A DNA stretch of 64,000 nucleotides from Leucoraja ocellata (Eukaryota). Position 1 is the stretch's first letter; each line of letters starts with the position of its first letter. This document shows positions 26,130 through 37,931 of the stretch, piece after piece. The stretch lies in assembly GCA_036785375.1 (NCBI GenBank), contig JAWMAR010000074.1:7502001-7566000 (forward strand). Reading direction: 5' to 3'. The notes below the pieces were generated by a model. It saw nothing but the letters and a program-made list of their open reading frames with translations, had not been told where the DNA came from and searched no databases. The position numbers and the translations under genes were made by a program.

Positions 26130-26605
26130 CAACTTGGTTTGCTTTCTCTGGAATGCTGAAGGTTGAGGGGAGACCTGATGTGTATGCAAAATTGAGACTG
26201 TCGACAGTTGCAATCTTTCTCCCAGAGTGGAAATGTTAAAGATTAGAGAGTATAGCTTTAAAGTGAAAGTGAAATGTTTTAACTGAGATGTGCAGAACCA
26301 GTTTTCTTACAGAAGGTGGTAGATGCCTGAAATGCACTGCGTGGTGTGGTGGTGGAGGCAAATACAACTGCAGCTTTTAAGAAGCTTTTAGATAGGTGAA
26401 TAGTGGGATATGGATGCAGGCAGATAAGATTTTTTTTTTTTTTTAAATGACAATGCTGGAGTAACTCAGCGGGTTGGGCAGCATCTCTGGAGAACATGCA
26501 TAGGTGATGTTTTGGGTTGGGACCATTCTTCACATTAGTTTATCTTGGCATTATGTTTGGCACATTGTGGGCCAAAGGGCCTGTTCTGTTTGATGTTCTA
26601 TGTAA
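26130..26605 (+). mobile_element. Degraded CR1 3' fragment carrying a Penelope terminal-repeat insert (~26450-26535)
   Basis: ggttgaggggagacctgat, gggccaaagggcctgttc; insert gctggagtaactcagcggg..ttcttcaca. Confidence 0.75.
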
Positions 26606-28014
26606 CTTGGTTTTAATTTTCCGTGAAGGATCATTATTCAGTGGTACCATCCAATCTCTCATGTTTAAAAATGACCAATGAATGACCCTATTGTGCCTGC
26701 GTAAATGTGTATCAGATATCCCTTTTCTCCATCAAAGTAGAAAATCTATTTGAACTTGATGCTTGTATAAACTTTACAATCTGGCCATGAGATTGCATTA
26801 CAAGGCTGACCAGGACTTGTTTTGGCTGTTCATTTCTCCACTTTATATCATTGTATTAGAGTCGCATTAGTTAGTTGCGTAAGTAGATGTGTTTGCTGAA
26901 GAATCAACACTATAAAATAACACCATATGCTAGGTTTGGATTTCAAGAGGATTGGGTAGAAGCCAATTATTAATGCTGCTATGGCTTAATACATTCAAAT
27001 TGCCCTGGGGAATGCAAAGAGTGGTGAGCTGCCATTCAGTACCAGCTTTAATTTGGAAAATGTCACAAAAATTCCAAGAACTTGGCATTCATGTTCCAAA
27101 CTGATTTTGTATTGTCATTTTAAAAGTAGCAGGAGATGGCAGATTGGTAGGCACCCTGCCTATGTGGGGAAATAAATGCAAAGTTGGTGGCATTTGAGTG
27201 AATTTGATTGATTACACCCTGAATTAGGTTTTGCTGGCCCATTACAGCATCGGTAAGTATTCCATTAACAACGGCCTGAAAAATATAGAACTGATTGGTT
27301 GTGCAGGGATTGTGGTTAGACTTTTCTGGAACACCAAGACAATTAGAAGTCAGAACTTTTAAGACCGGTGAGCTTTTTCTCTGACGGTCAACAGTCAAGC
27401 GAAGAGTCAGGAGTTTTATTGTCCCAGATAGGACAATGAAATTCTTCCTTGCTGCAGCACAACAGAATATGTAAACATAATAGTAAGATTAAACGAGAAC
27501 TTACCAGTTTGAAGTTTGATTGTTATTTTATGAGGAGTAACGTTGAGGGATTGCGTGAAGAACCCCGCCAGGATGCATGCGTGTCATTCTTCAAAGCAGT
27601 GGTGTGAAATCACAGATATCTGTAATGACTAACCATAGTAAGATTAGAGAAGAGAGACCAGTTGAGTGTATGATCAAGGGTGGGAGCGGAGGGCACGTAA
27701 TCCCTCAACGTTACTCCTCATAAAATAACGATCAAACTTCAAACTGGTAAGTTCTCGTTTAATCTTACTATTTTACTTCGGAGTCACGTGAGTGACTATG
27801 TGAAGATTTTAAAAGCTCTGTGATTTCATGCCGTGGAAACGAGTCCATGCATCACATCTGCCTTGATTATGGGGAGAATAGTGTTAACATCATTAGACAT
27901 CAATACGATATTGAAAACCCAACGATAAATATATTAACACCAAATTATAGCCCCTATTTATGGGGTAAAATTATATTACAGAACTTAAAATTGTTTCTGC
28001 AAATGTTCCAGGTT

Positions 28015-28747
28015 CAATGACTGGTTTGTTATAAAATCGTTAGAAAGTTTTCTCCGTTGACCATCCTGCTGTCTTGAGGATTTGGTCCATAGGAACATCC
28101 AACTTCATAGCTGCTGATGTAGCTGCAGCCCTGGTGGAGTGAGATTTTAAAATGCTAGTGTCTACTCCAACCTTTATTAGGACCTGTTTTAGCCGTCTAG
28201 AGATGGTCTGGACTGTCACTTTTTTGAATGGCTGTTTGTAGCTGATTAAAAGTGACATTTCTTTGCCTCTGATGATCTTAGTATACTCCATATATAATAG
28301 TAAGTGTGTTACAATACAGAGACGATCATCTGTCAGGTAGGCCCTGAATTCTGTTTTTAGGCCTGCTGACCCCTGTCTGTTCTGTTTGACTAATTCATTG
28401 ATGTGAAAAGTTAAATTTCCAGATGAAATAGTCATGTTGTCCAGCCTTAGTTTCTGTAGCGATTGGACCCTTTGTGCCGTGACCAAGGCCATCAGCATGA
28501 CTGTTTTCATAGTCTGTTTCTGTAGGGACAGAGCTGTAGCTGGAGACCAGTTTCTTAACATGGTCAGTACAATGCTCACATCCCATATTTGGGAGTACCT
28601 GGTTCTTGGGGGATTAACATTAAAAATGCTCCTCATGAGTTTGGTTACCAGGGTGTGTCCCAACAGAATGCCGCTCTGTTCCTTGCCACAGGTATGTTGA
28701 CAGAGCACTTCTGGCGCAGTTGATGGCACTATGACTGAGCCTCTCAT
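28015..28747 (-). pseudogene. DIRS tyrosine recombinase remnant
   Basis: LMALVTAQRVQSL, KSHSTRAAATS (HxxR), ILKTAGWS, then TF*RFYNKP: TAA at 28040-28042 lies just upstream of the expected catalytic Tyr. Confidence 0.9.
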
Positions 28748-28938
28748 CGTAATGGAGGCTTGCCAGGAATTCCAAAACAGACGGGATGTTCATAGATCTG
28801 TGGGTGATGTTATTGTTGTGACAGTACTTTTCCCATTTCTTGATGACACCAAGTACTGTTTTTTGGTGGACTGTCTGTGACCAACTGAAATAATATCCAC
28901 TGTTCGGTCCGTCAGTCCCAGGTGTAGTAGAGGTGCTT

Positions 28939-29391
28939 TCAAACTCTACAAATTAATAGGTTTATATAATTATGACATGGGTAACTTCCCCTTGTTGTGG
29001 GATGAACCAATAAATTAGGTCTATGATGGATGGTGATGCATGGTTCTAATACCATGTCGAGTATCACCGGGACCCATGGTTGAGTAGGCCAATCGGGTAC
29101 TATCAAAATACCAGACGCGGAGTCTTGCTGTATTTTCCTTAATACTCGACTGATGAGGCAGAAAGGAGGGAATGCATAAATAAACAATATCCCCCAATGC
29201 AGCGAAAATGCATCTGTTGCCGCTGCCCCAGATTCTGGTTCCCATGAACATAATTCGATAACTGGTGTGAGCCTGGATGCGAATAGGTTGATATCTGGTG
29301 TTCCATACCGTGCTGTAATTTCAGCAAATACATTTTTATCCAACATCCATTCAGTGTTTTCATTGAATTTGCATGACCTGGTGTCTGCCAC
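28939..29391 (-). pseudogene. DIRS DNA N6-adenine methyltransferase-like domain
   Basis: EWMLD, INLFAS (DLFAS-like), DAFSLHW, YAFPPF, ILIVPDWPTQPW; lies directly after RNase H as in DIRS1-like pol. Confidence 0.82.
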
Positions 29392-29562
29392 TAAATTTAG
29401 TTTACCTGGTAAGTAGGTAGTTGATATCCAAATATCTCTCTGGATACACTATTGCCAAATTGTGTTGGCCAGATTGTCACATAATGTCGATTTGTTTCCA
29501 CCCATATGGTTGATATATGCTACCATGGTGGTGTTGTCAATTTATAGTCTAACATGCTGGTG

Positions 29563-29731
29563 CTCCAAACGGCCCCAATGCTCACGGGCACTGGCTGCTC
29601 GCGGCTGCTCTTGTTCCCCCCTCCCAGCCTCTCCAACCGGCTCCAATGCGCACGGGCACTGGCCGCTCGTGGCTGCTCCTGAAGCCGCTCCAACCGGCCC
29701 CAATGCTCACGGGCACTGGCCGCTCGCGGCT
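29563..29731. repeat. Three GC-rich tandem units in the DIRS gag-like region
   Basis: ctccaa(a/c)cgg(c/t)ccaatgc(t/g)cacgggcactggc(t/c)gctcg repeated near 29563, 29631 and 29688. Confidence 0.85.
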
Positions 29732-30001
29732 ATTCACAGTCGGACTCATCGGAGTCAACGACTCTGTTAGTTTTTTGCTTCGCTCTACCGCCCGGCCGTG
29801 GCCGGTGCAGGAGCGAAGTCGGGCACAGCTGTTCCCATTATGGGAGATTGTCGTGCCGTTGGCTGCGGCTGCCGGCTGCCCGCGACTCCGCGCTTCTCCC
29901 CGCCAGCTTTTTCGCAGCCTTTGTGGATCTGGTCCATGCCTCCACCTGTAAGGTAAGTGGAAGGAACGCGGAGTCTCCTTACCTGCTGTTCCCGGCTTTC
30001 A

Positions 30002-30247
30002 CAAGACAATTCACCCACATTTGCCTGCGTGTGAATGTGTGTGAGTGATTGGTGGTGGTCGGAGGGGCCGTAGGCGCAGATTAGCAGCCACGCTTCCATC
30101 AATCTGCCCCAGGGCAGCTGTGGCTACAGAAGTAGCTCACCACCACCGAGTGTGACTAAGGAGTGAATGAATAATGCGATGTAAAGCGCCTTGAGTATCT
30201 AGAAAGACGCTATATAAATCCCATCCATTATTATTATTATTATTATT
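30002..30247 (+). mobile_element. 5'-truncated SINE with L2-type tail inserted in the DIRS 5' region
   Basis: caagacaattcacccac core, ctgccccagggcagctgtggctaca, tail tgtaaagcgccttgag..agaaagacgctatataaat and (ATT)n; possible TTTCA duplication at the flanks. Confidence 0.85.
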
Positions 30248-32689
30248 TCAAATTCTGCCGCTAAGGGGAACGTTGTTCCCCCTGCTGTGACTCGTTGTAA
30301 TGTGTGTAGCGATATGACATTCATGCGTCCTGGCGGGGTTCTTCACGTAGTCATTCATGTGACTCCGAAGTAAAATACGGAACGGCAGCTAAAAGTTCAG
30401 TGTGTGTCTATATACCATAGACCATATATATATATATATATAAATAAACAGATAAATTGCAATAGGCTTATTGTTCAGAGTTTGTTTGATGGCGAGTTTA
30501 ATAGCCTGATGGTTGTGGGGAAGTGGCTGTTCCTGAACCTGGATGTTCCAGATTTCAAGCTCCTGTACCTTCTTCCCGATGGCAACAGAGAGATGAGTGT
30601 GTGGCCAGGATGGTGTGGGTCTTCGATGTTATTGGCAACCTTTTTGAGGCAGCGGCTGTGATAGATCCCTTTGATGGTGCGGAGGTCAGAGCCGATGATG
30701 GACTGGGCAGTGGTCACAACTGTCTGCAATCTTTTTGGCTCATGGACGTTCAAGTTGGTGAACCAAGCCACGATGCAACCAGCATGCTCTCTACTGTGTA
30801 CCTGTAGAAGTTCGAGAGAGTCCTCCTTGACATACCGACTCTCCGTAATCTTCTCAGGAAGTAAAGGCGCCGATGTGCCTTTTTTATGATTGCAACAGTG
30901 AGCTGGGATCAGGAAAGATCTTCGGAAATATGCACTCCCAGGAATTTAAGGTTCTTGACCCTTTCCACCATCGTCCCTTTGATATAAACGGAATTGTGCG
31001 TCCCTATCCTACCCCTTCCAAAGTCCACAATCAGTTCCTTGGTTTTGCTGGTGTTGAGAGCCTGGTTGTTGTGCTGGCACCATTTGGTCAATCGGTCGAT
31101 CTCATTTCTATCACCATCAGTGATTCGTCCCACAACAGTGGTGTCGTTGGCGAACTTGATGATGGAGTTCGCACTATGTCCGGATACGCAGTCATGAGTA
31201 TAGAGTGAGTACAGCAGGGGGCTGAGCACGCAGCCTTAAGGTGCTCCCGTGCTGCTTGTTAACGAGGATGACACATTTCCACCAATACAGACAGACTGTG
31301 GTCTGTAGATGAGGGCGTCGAGGATCCAATTGCAGAGGGATGTGCAGAGACCCAGATCTGAGAGCATGGGAACCAGCTTGGAGGCGATGATGGTATTAAA
31401 CGCCGAGCTGTAGTCTATGAATAACAGCCTGACATATGAGTTTTTGTTGTCCAAGTGGTCCAGAGCGGAGTGGAGAGCCAGTGAGATCGCATCCATCTGT
31501 TGTGGCAGTAAGCGAACTGCAGTGAGTCGAGGTTCTTGTCAAGGAAGGAGTTGATATGCGCCATAATCAACCTCTCAAAGAACTTTATCACCACAGATGG
31601 TGGTGCCACTCGATAGTCATTGAGGCACTTCACCTTGCTCTTTTTGGGCACTGGTATTATTGATGCCCTTTTAAAGCAGGCGGGAACCTCAGACCTCAGA
31701 AGTGAGAGGTTGAAAACGGTTGAGAGTGTTTGGCAATCTCTTTCTCAAAGGGTGGCGGAAGAGGTCTCCGAATATTAAAGCACATAAGATCAAAGTGATT
31801 ACAGCAGAATTAGGCTATTCGGCCCATCAAGTTTGCTCCGCCATTCGCTCTTGCTCTCGCTCTTGCTCTCGCTCTCGAGAATCTGCCTTAAATAGCCTTT
31901 CTGTGGCAAAGAATTTCACAGATTCACTACATGTAGGTAGATGATTACTAAGCAACCGGGTGAATGCTTGGAGGTGGAAGAATGTGCAGAGTTTAGATTG
32001 TAAACAGATCAGCCATGATCTTACCAAAGGGCAGAGATGGACTCAGTGGCTTACTATTGTTCCCAATTCATATATTTGTCCCCGATTTGAATAGTTTCTT
32101 TCCCACGATACTTGGCAGTTCTAATGGACCTGTTACACTACAATGCTGAGATGGTATTTTACATTCTGTATCTTTTTCTTTGCTCTACCTATTATCAAAA
32201 CAATAGTTTTGATTTTACCATTGGTTACCTTTATCACTGTAATGTATCATTTGTGATGATACATATTGCTATGATAAAGGTAATCTCTCCCACTTGTTCT
32301 ATCAATCAGTTTGCAGCCTTTCTCAGGATTACTGTGCTGCCATCTTCACCATTTGTATCTTGTAGCAGTGAATCACCTGAAATTATTTCCTGCTCCCACA
32401 GCATGATGGTGGGGTCCCAGAGAGAGAAACCTCTATTGTCCCTTTATTATCCACAACTATTGCGTGAAACTAGGCCAGTTTCCTACTGTGAATTGAATCC
32501 ACACAAATCTATCTCATGGCATCAATTCTGACCTATTCAACCCTTAAATGTCAGACTGCTATATGATATTAATACTAATGATCAAATATTTCCAGCAAAT
32601 AAACATTGGGATGATCAATCTCAACATTGTTATTAAATCCTCTGACTGCACAGCGCACCGCTCACTTAGCAACAATACCAACATTGTTA

Positions 32690-32945
32690 TTAAACTTTAA
32701 TCTCTGGTCTTTGCTCCAACCATCTGTCGATTATAAACCCTCTCACCTGTGTCCGCCTATAACTTACCATGCTTAGTCCTGCCTTGCCTCTCTCTGTGTG
32801 AGCTTTCTTTTCCCACACTCAGCTTTTAGTCACCCCCCACCCCACACACAATCAGTATGAAGTAGTGTCCCAACCTGAAAAGTCACCTATCTATGTTCTC
32901 CAGAGATCATCCCTGACCCGGTGAGTTTCTACAGGATTTGATGTC
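32690..32945 (+). repeat. Degenerate Penelope terminal repeat
   Basis: caatcagtatgaag..acctgaaaagtcacctat..cctgacccggtgagtttct; similar to 7760-7930. Confidence 0.6.
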
Positions 32946-33656
32946 CTATTGGGAAGATACAAGTCATTTTTGCTGCTTTTCGCAAACCTCCAAATGAATT
33001 TCAGAACACATACCAGCACCATGAGCTATGACTGCCCAATTTTTACCAATAAAATATTGCCCATTTTTGCTTGACATGGCATCTACTGGGGCACTCTCAT
33101 TTGTCACTTTTAGACTTAACTATTCCAGCATAAGTTTGCTGAAGAGATAAAGGTTGGTCTAGTAGTAGAAGATGAAGAAGGCCATGAAAAGTTGTAGAAG
33201 GATGTAGATAAGTTGGAAAGTTGGCGGAGTGCAGGCAGATGGAATTTAATTTGGGTGCGGTAATACATTTTGAGACATCAAATAGAGAACACATAGTAAA
33301 GGGTTTCACAGAAAGATCTTGGGGTGCAAGTTCCTAGTTCCCTGAAAATGGATAGTGTGGTGATGAAGTCATTCCACATTGTCTTGTCTTTTAAGTAATA
33401 TTTCCTTTTTTAAGCTCTCTGCCACAGAAGGTAGTTGAGGCCAGTTCATTGGCTAGATTTAAGATGGAGTTAGATGTGGCCCTTGTGGCTAAAGGGATCA
33501 GGGGGTATGGAGAGAAGGCAGGTATTGGATATTGATTTGGATGATCAGCCATGATCATATTGAAACATAGAAACATAGAAATTAGGTGCAGGAGTAGGCC
33601 ATTCGGCCCTTCGAGCCTGCACCGCCATTCAATATGATCATGGCTGATCATCCAAC

Positions 33657-36636
33657 TCAGTATCCCGTACCTGCCTTCTCTCCATACCCTCTGATCCCCT
33701 TAGCCACAAGGGCCACATCTAACTCCCTCTTAAATATAGCCAATGAACTGGCCTCGACTACCCTCTGTGGCAGAGAGTTCCAGAGATTCACCACTCTCTG
33801 TGTGAAAAAGGTTCTTCTCATCTCGGTTTTAAAGGATTTCCCCCTTATCCTTAAGCTGTGACCCCTTGTCCTTGACTTCCCCAACATCGGGAACAATCTT
33901 CCTGCATCTAGCCTGTCCAACCCCTTAAGAATTTTGTAAGTTTCTATAAGATCCCCTCTCAATCTCCTAAATTCTAGAGAGTATAAACCAAGTCTATCCA
34001 GTCTTTCTTCATAAGACAGTCCTGACATCCCAGGAATCAGTCTGGTGAACCTTCTCTGCACTCCCTCTATGGCAATAATGTTCTTCCTCAGATTTGGAGA
34101 CCAAAACTGTACGCAATACTCCAGGTGTGGTCTCACCAAGACCCTGTACAACTGCAGTAGAACCTCCCTGCTCCTATACTCAAATCCTTTTGCTATGACA
34201 GCTAACATACCATTCGCTTTCTTCACTGCCTGCTGCACCTGCATGCCTACTTTCAATGACTGGTGTACCATGACACCCAGGTCTCGCTGCATCTCCCCTT
34301 TTCCTAATCGGCCACCATTTAGATAATAGTCTGTTTTCCTGTTTTTGCCACCAAAATGGATAACCTCACATTTATCTACATTATACTGCATCTGCCAAAC
34401 ATTTGCCCACTCACCCAGCCTATCCAAGTCACCTTGCAGTCTCCTAGCATCCTCCTCACAGCTAACACTGCCCCCCCAGCTTAGTGTCATCCGCAAACTT
34501 GGAGATATTGCCTTCAATTCCCTCATCCAGATCATTAATATATATTGTAAATAGCTGGGGTCCCACCACTGAGCCTTGCGGTACCCCACTAGTCACTGCC
34601 TGCCATTGTGAAAAGGACCCGTTTACTCCTACTCTTTGCTTCCTGTTTGCCAGCCAGTTCTCTATCCACATCAATACTGAACCCCCAATGCCGTGTGCTT
34701 TATGTTTGTATACTAATCTCTTATGTGGGACCTTGTCGAAAGCCTTCTGGAAGTCCAGATACACCACATCCACTGGTTCTCCCCTATCCACGCTACTAGT
34801 TACAACCTCGAAAAATTCTATAAGATTCGTCAGACATGATTTACCTTTCGTAAATCCATGCTGACTTTGTCCAATGATTTCACCACTTTCCAAATGTGCT
34901 GCTATCCCATCTTTAATAACTGACTCTAGCAGTTTCCCCACTACCGATGTTAGACTAACTGGTCTGTAATTCCCCGTTTTCTCTCTCCCTCCCTTCTTAA
35001 AAAGTGGGGTTACGTTTGTTACCCGCCAATCCTCTGAAACTACTCCAGAATCTAAAGAGTTTTGAAAGATTATTACTAATGCATCCACTATTTCTGGAGC
35101 TACTTCCTTAAGTACTCTGGGATGCAGCCTATCTGGCCCTGGGGATTTATCGACCTTTAATCCATTCAATTTACCTAACACCACATCCCGACTAACCTGG
35201 ATTTCACTCAATTCCTCCAACTCCTTTGACCCGCGGTCCCCTGCTATTCCCGCCAGATTATTTATGTCTTCCTTTGTGAAGACGGAACCAAAGTAGTTAT
35301 TCAATTGGTCCACCATATCCTTGTTCCCCATGATCAAATCACCTGTTTCTGACTGCAAGGGACCTACTTTTGTTTTAACTAATCTCTTTCTTTTCACATA
35401 TCTATAAAAACTTTTGCAGTCAGTTTTTATGTTCCCTGCCAGTTTTCTTTCATAATCCATTTTTCCTTTCCTAATTAAGCCCTTTGTCCTCCTCCGCTGG
35501 TGTCTGAATTTCTCCCTGTACTCTGGTACGCTGCTTTTTCTGGCTAGTTTGTACGCATCATCCTTCGCTTTGATACTATCCCTGATTTCCCTTGTTATCC
35601 ACGGATGCACTACCTTCCCTGATTTATTCTTTTGCCAAACTGGGATGAACAATTTTTGTAGTTCATCCATGCAGTCTTTAAATGTCTTCCATTGCATATC
35701 CACCGTCAACCCTTTTAGAATTAATTGCCAGTCAATCTTGGCCAATTCACGTCTCATACCCTCAAAGTTACCTTTCTTTAAGTTCAGAACCATTATTTCT
35801 GAATTAACAATGTCACTCTCAATCCTATTGAAGAACTCAACCATATTATGGTCACTCTTGCCCAAGGGGCCACGCACAACAAGACTGCTAACTAACCCTT
35901 CCTCATTACTCAATACCCAGTCTAAAATAGCCTGCTCTCTCGTTGGTTCCTCTACATGTTGATTTAGATAACTATCCCGCATACATTCCAAGAAATCCTC
36001 TTCCTCAGCACCCCTGCCAATTTGATTCACCCAATCTATATGTAGATTGAAGTCACCCATTATAACTGCTTTGCCTTTGTCGCACGCATTTCTAATTTCC
36101 TGTTTGATACCATCTCCAACTTCACTACTACTGTTAGGTGGCCTGTACACAACACCCACCAGCGTTTTCTGCCCCTTAGTGTTTCGCAGCTCTACCCATA
36201 CAGATTCCACATCCTCCAAACTAATGTCCTTCCTTTCCATTGTGTTAATCTCCTCTCTAATCAGCAACGCTACCCCACCTCCTGTTCCTTTCTCTCTATC
36301 CCTCCTGAATATTGAATATCCCTGGATGTTCAGCTCCCAGCCTTGGTCACCCTGGAGCCATGTCTCCGTGATCCCAACTATATCATAATCATTAATGGCT
36401 AGCTGCACGTTCAACTCATCCACCTTATTACGAATACTCCTTGCATTGAGACACAAAGCCTTCAGGCTTGTTTTTACAACTCTCTTACCCCTTATACAAT
36501 TATGTTGAAAAGTGGCCCTTTTTGATTTTTGCCCTGGTTTTGTCTGCCTGTCACTTTTACTTTTCACCTTGCTACCTATTGCTTCTACCCTCATTTTACA
36601 CCCCCCCCCCCCCCGCCTCTCTGCTCTTGTACCCAT
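33657..36636 (-). pseudogene. CR1 ORF2 (APE endonuclease plus reverse transcriptase) with one frameshift
   Basis: 724-aa ORF: [61 protein letters not shown]; continues in the 33657-34589 frame after a C7 run at 34471-34477. Confidence 0.95.
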
Positions 36637-36649
36637 CCCCCTGCCACAT

Positions 36650-37597
36650 TAGTTTAAATCCTCCCCGACAGCACTAGCAAACACTCCCCCAAGGACATTG
36701 GTTCCATTCCAGCCCAGGTGCAGACCATCCTGTTTGTACTAGTCCCACCTCCCCCAGAACTGGTTGCAATGCCCTAAAAATTTGAATCCCTCCCCCTTGC
36801 ACCATTTTTCAAGCCACGTATTCATCTGCAATATCCTCCCATTTCTACTCTGACTGGCCCGTGGTACTGGTAGTAATCCAAAGATTATTACCTTTGAGGT
36901 CCTACTTTTAAGTTTATCTCCTAGCTCCCTAAATTCATCTTGTAGAACCTCATCCCTTTTTTTACCTATATCGTTGGTGCCAATATGTACCACAACAACT
37001 GGCTGTTCACCCTACCCCTCCAGAATGTTCTGCAGCCGTTCAGTGACATCCCTGACCCTTGCATTAGGGAGGCAACATACCATCCTGGAGTCTCGTTTGA
37101 GGCCGCCGAAACGCCTATCTATTCCCCTGAAAATTGAATCCCCTATTACTATTGCCCTTCCACTCTTTCCCCCCCCCCCTCATGTGCCGCAGAGCCACCC
37201 ACGGTGCCATGAACTTGGCTGCTGCTGCCTTCCCCTGATGAGCCATGTCCCTCAACAGTATTCAAAATGGTATACCTGTTTAGGAGGGAGATGACCGCAG
37301 GGGACTCCTGCACTACCTGCCCACTGCTTGGCTGGCTATTGGCCACCCGTTCCCTTCTGTCCTCTTACCTTTTACCTGCGGTGTGACCAACTCACTGTAC
37401 GTGCTATCCACGACTTTCTCAGCGTCGTGGATGCTCCAGTATAAATCCAGCCACAGTTCCAATTGTTCAATGCGGTCTGCCAGGAGCTGCAGCTGTACAA
37501 ACTTCCTGAAAATGTAGTCACCAGGGACACCGACCATATCCCTGATCTCCCACATGTTGCAGGCTGAGCAAACCACGGGGCCAATCTCCACTGACAT
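36650..37597 (-). pseudogene. CR1 ORF1 (zinc finger/coiled coil plus SGNH esterase-like), disrupted
   Basis: VVCSACNMW..QLQLLADRIEQLE; VHIGTNDIG, LLPVPR; frameshifts and stops between segments. Confidence 0.85.
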
Positions 37598-37796
37598 ATC
37601 TTACTCCCAATTTAACTATATTAAATATTAAAAAACGCAAAACTTTATCCTTTAAACTTTACTAATAAATACTGTACCCTTAACTCCCAGAATCCTTAAC
37701 TCCCAGAAGGGACTTAACCTGAAGGCAGAAATGTAAAAATGTAAACCAATCAGAGGCTTCCCCCAGACTCCTTCTCTGGAACGTTGCCAATTTTGG

Positions 37797-37931
37797 TTAC
37801 AGCGCAGGTACTCCTCCCCTCGCACCATCGGCTCCCTGGGCCTCTGTGAAAACAAGCCCCGCGATGTACTTTGTACTTACAGTGCAGGTACTCCTCCCCT
37901 CTCACCAACGGCTCCCTGGGCCTCTGTGAAA
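37797..37931. repeat. Two ~55-bp direct repeats (80-bp period) at the CR1 5' end
   Basis: ttacag(c/t)gcaggtactcctcccctc..ggctccctgggcctctgtgaaa at 37797-37851 and 37877-37931. Confidence 0.9.

Larger units (their letters stand above)
27479..30377 (-). mobile_element. DIRS1-type tyrosine-recombinase retrotransposon, internally deleted (RT missing), termini retained
   Basis: Inverted repeats 27554-27587 / 30314-30347; internal complementary region 27694-27806 complementary to both termini; recombinase, methyltransferase-like and RNase H (IDNTTMVAYINHMGG) remnants. Confidence 0.93.
27395..31720 (-). mobile_element. Rex1/Babar-type LINE (RT and 3' UTR) split in its 3' UTR by the DIRS element
   Basis: [60 protein letters not shown] (30475-31651); 27395-27478 matches the 3' tail of the sense copy at 40870-40930. 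Confidence 0.9.
33563..37930 (-). mobile_element. Near full-length young CR1 LINE (5' UTR, ORF1, ORF2, 3' UTR, (CTATGTTT)n tail)
   Basis: Complete domain order with very few disabling changes in ORF2. Confidence 0.97.

Noticed and set aside
29563-29731. CRISPR-like repeat-spacer array
   Set aside because: Eukaryotic context, only three degenerate units, no cas genes; it lies within the DIRS gag-like region.
31847-31878. REREQEREQER low-complexity protein
   Set aside because: Translation of a (CTCTYG)n microsatellite inside an old CR1 tail.
32112-32531. 139-aa ORF and other short AT-rich ORFs
   Set aside because: Non-ATG starts, no motifs, and composition expected by chance.
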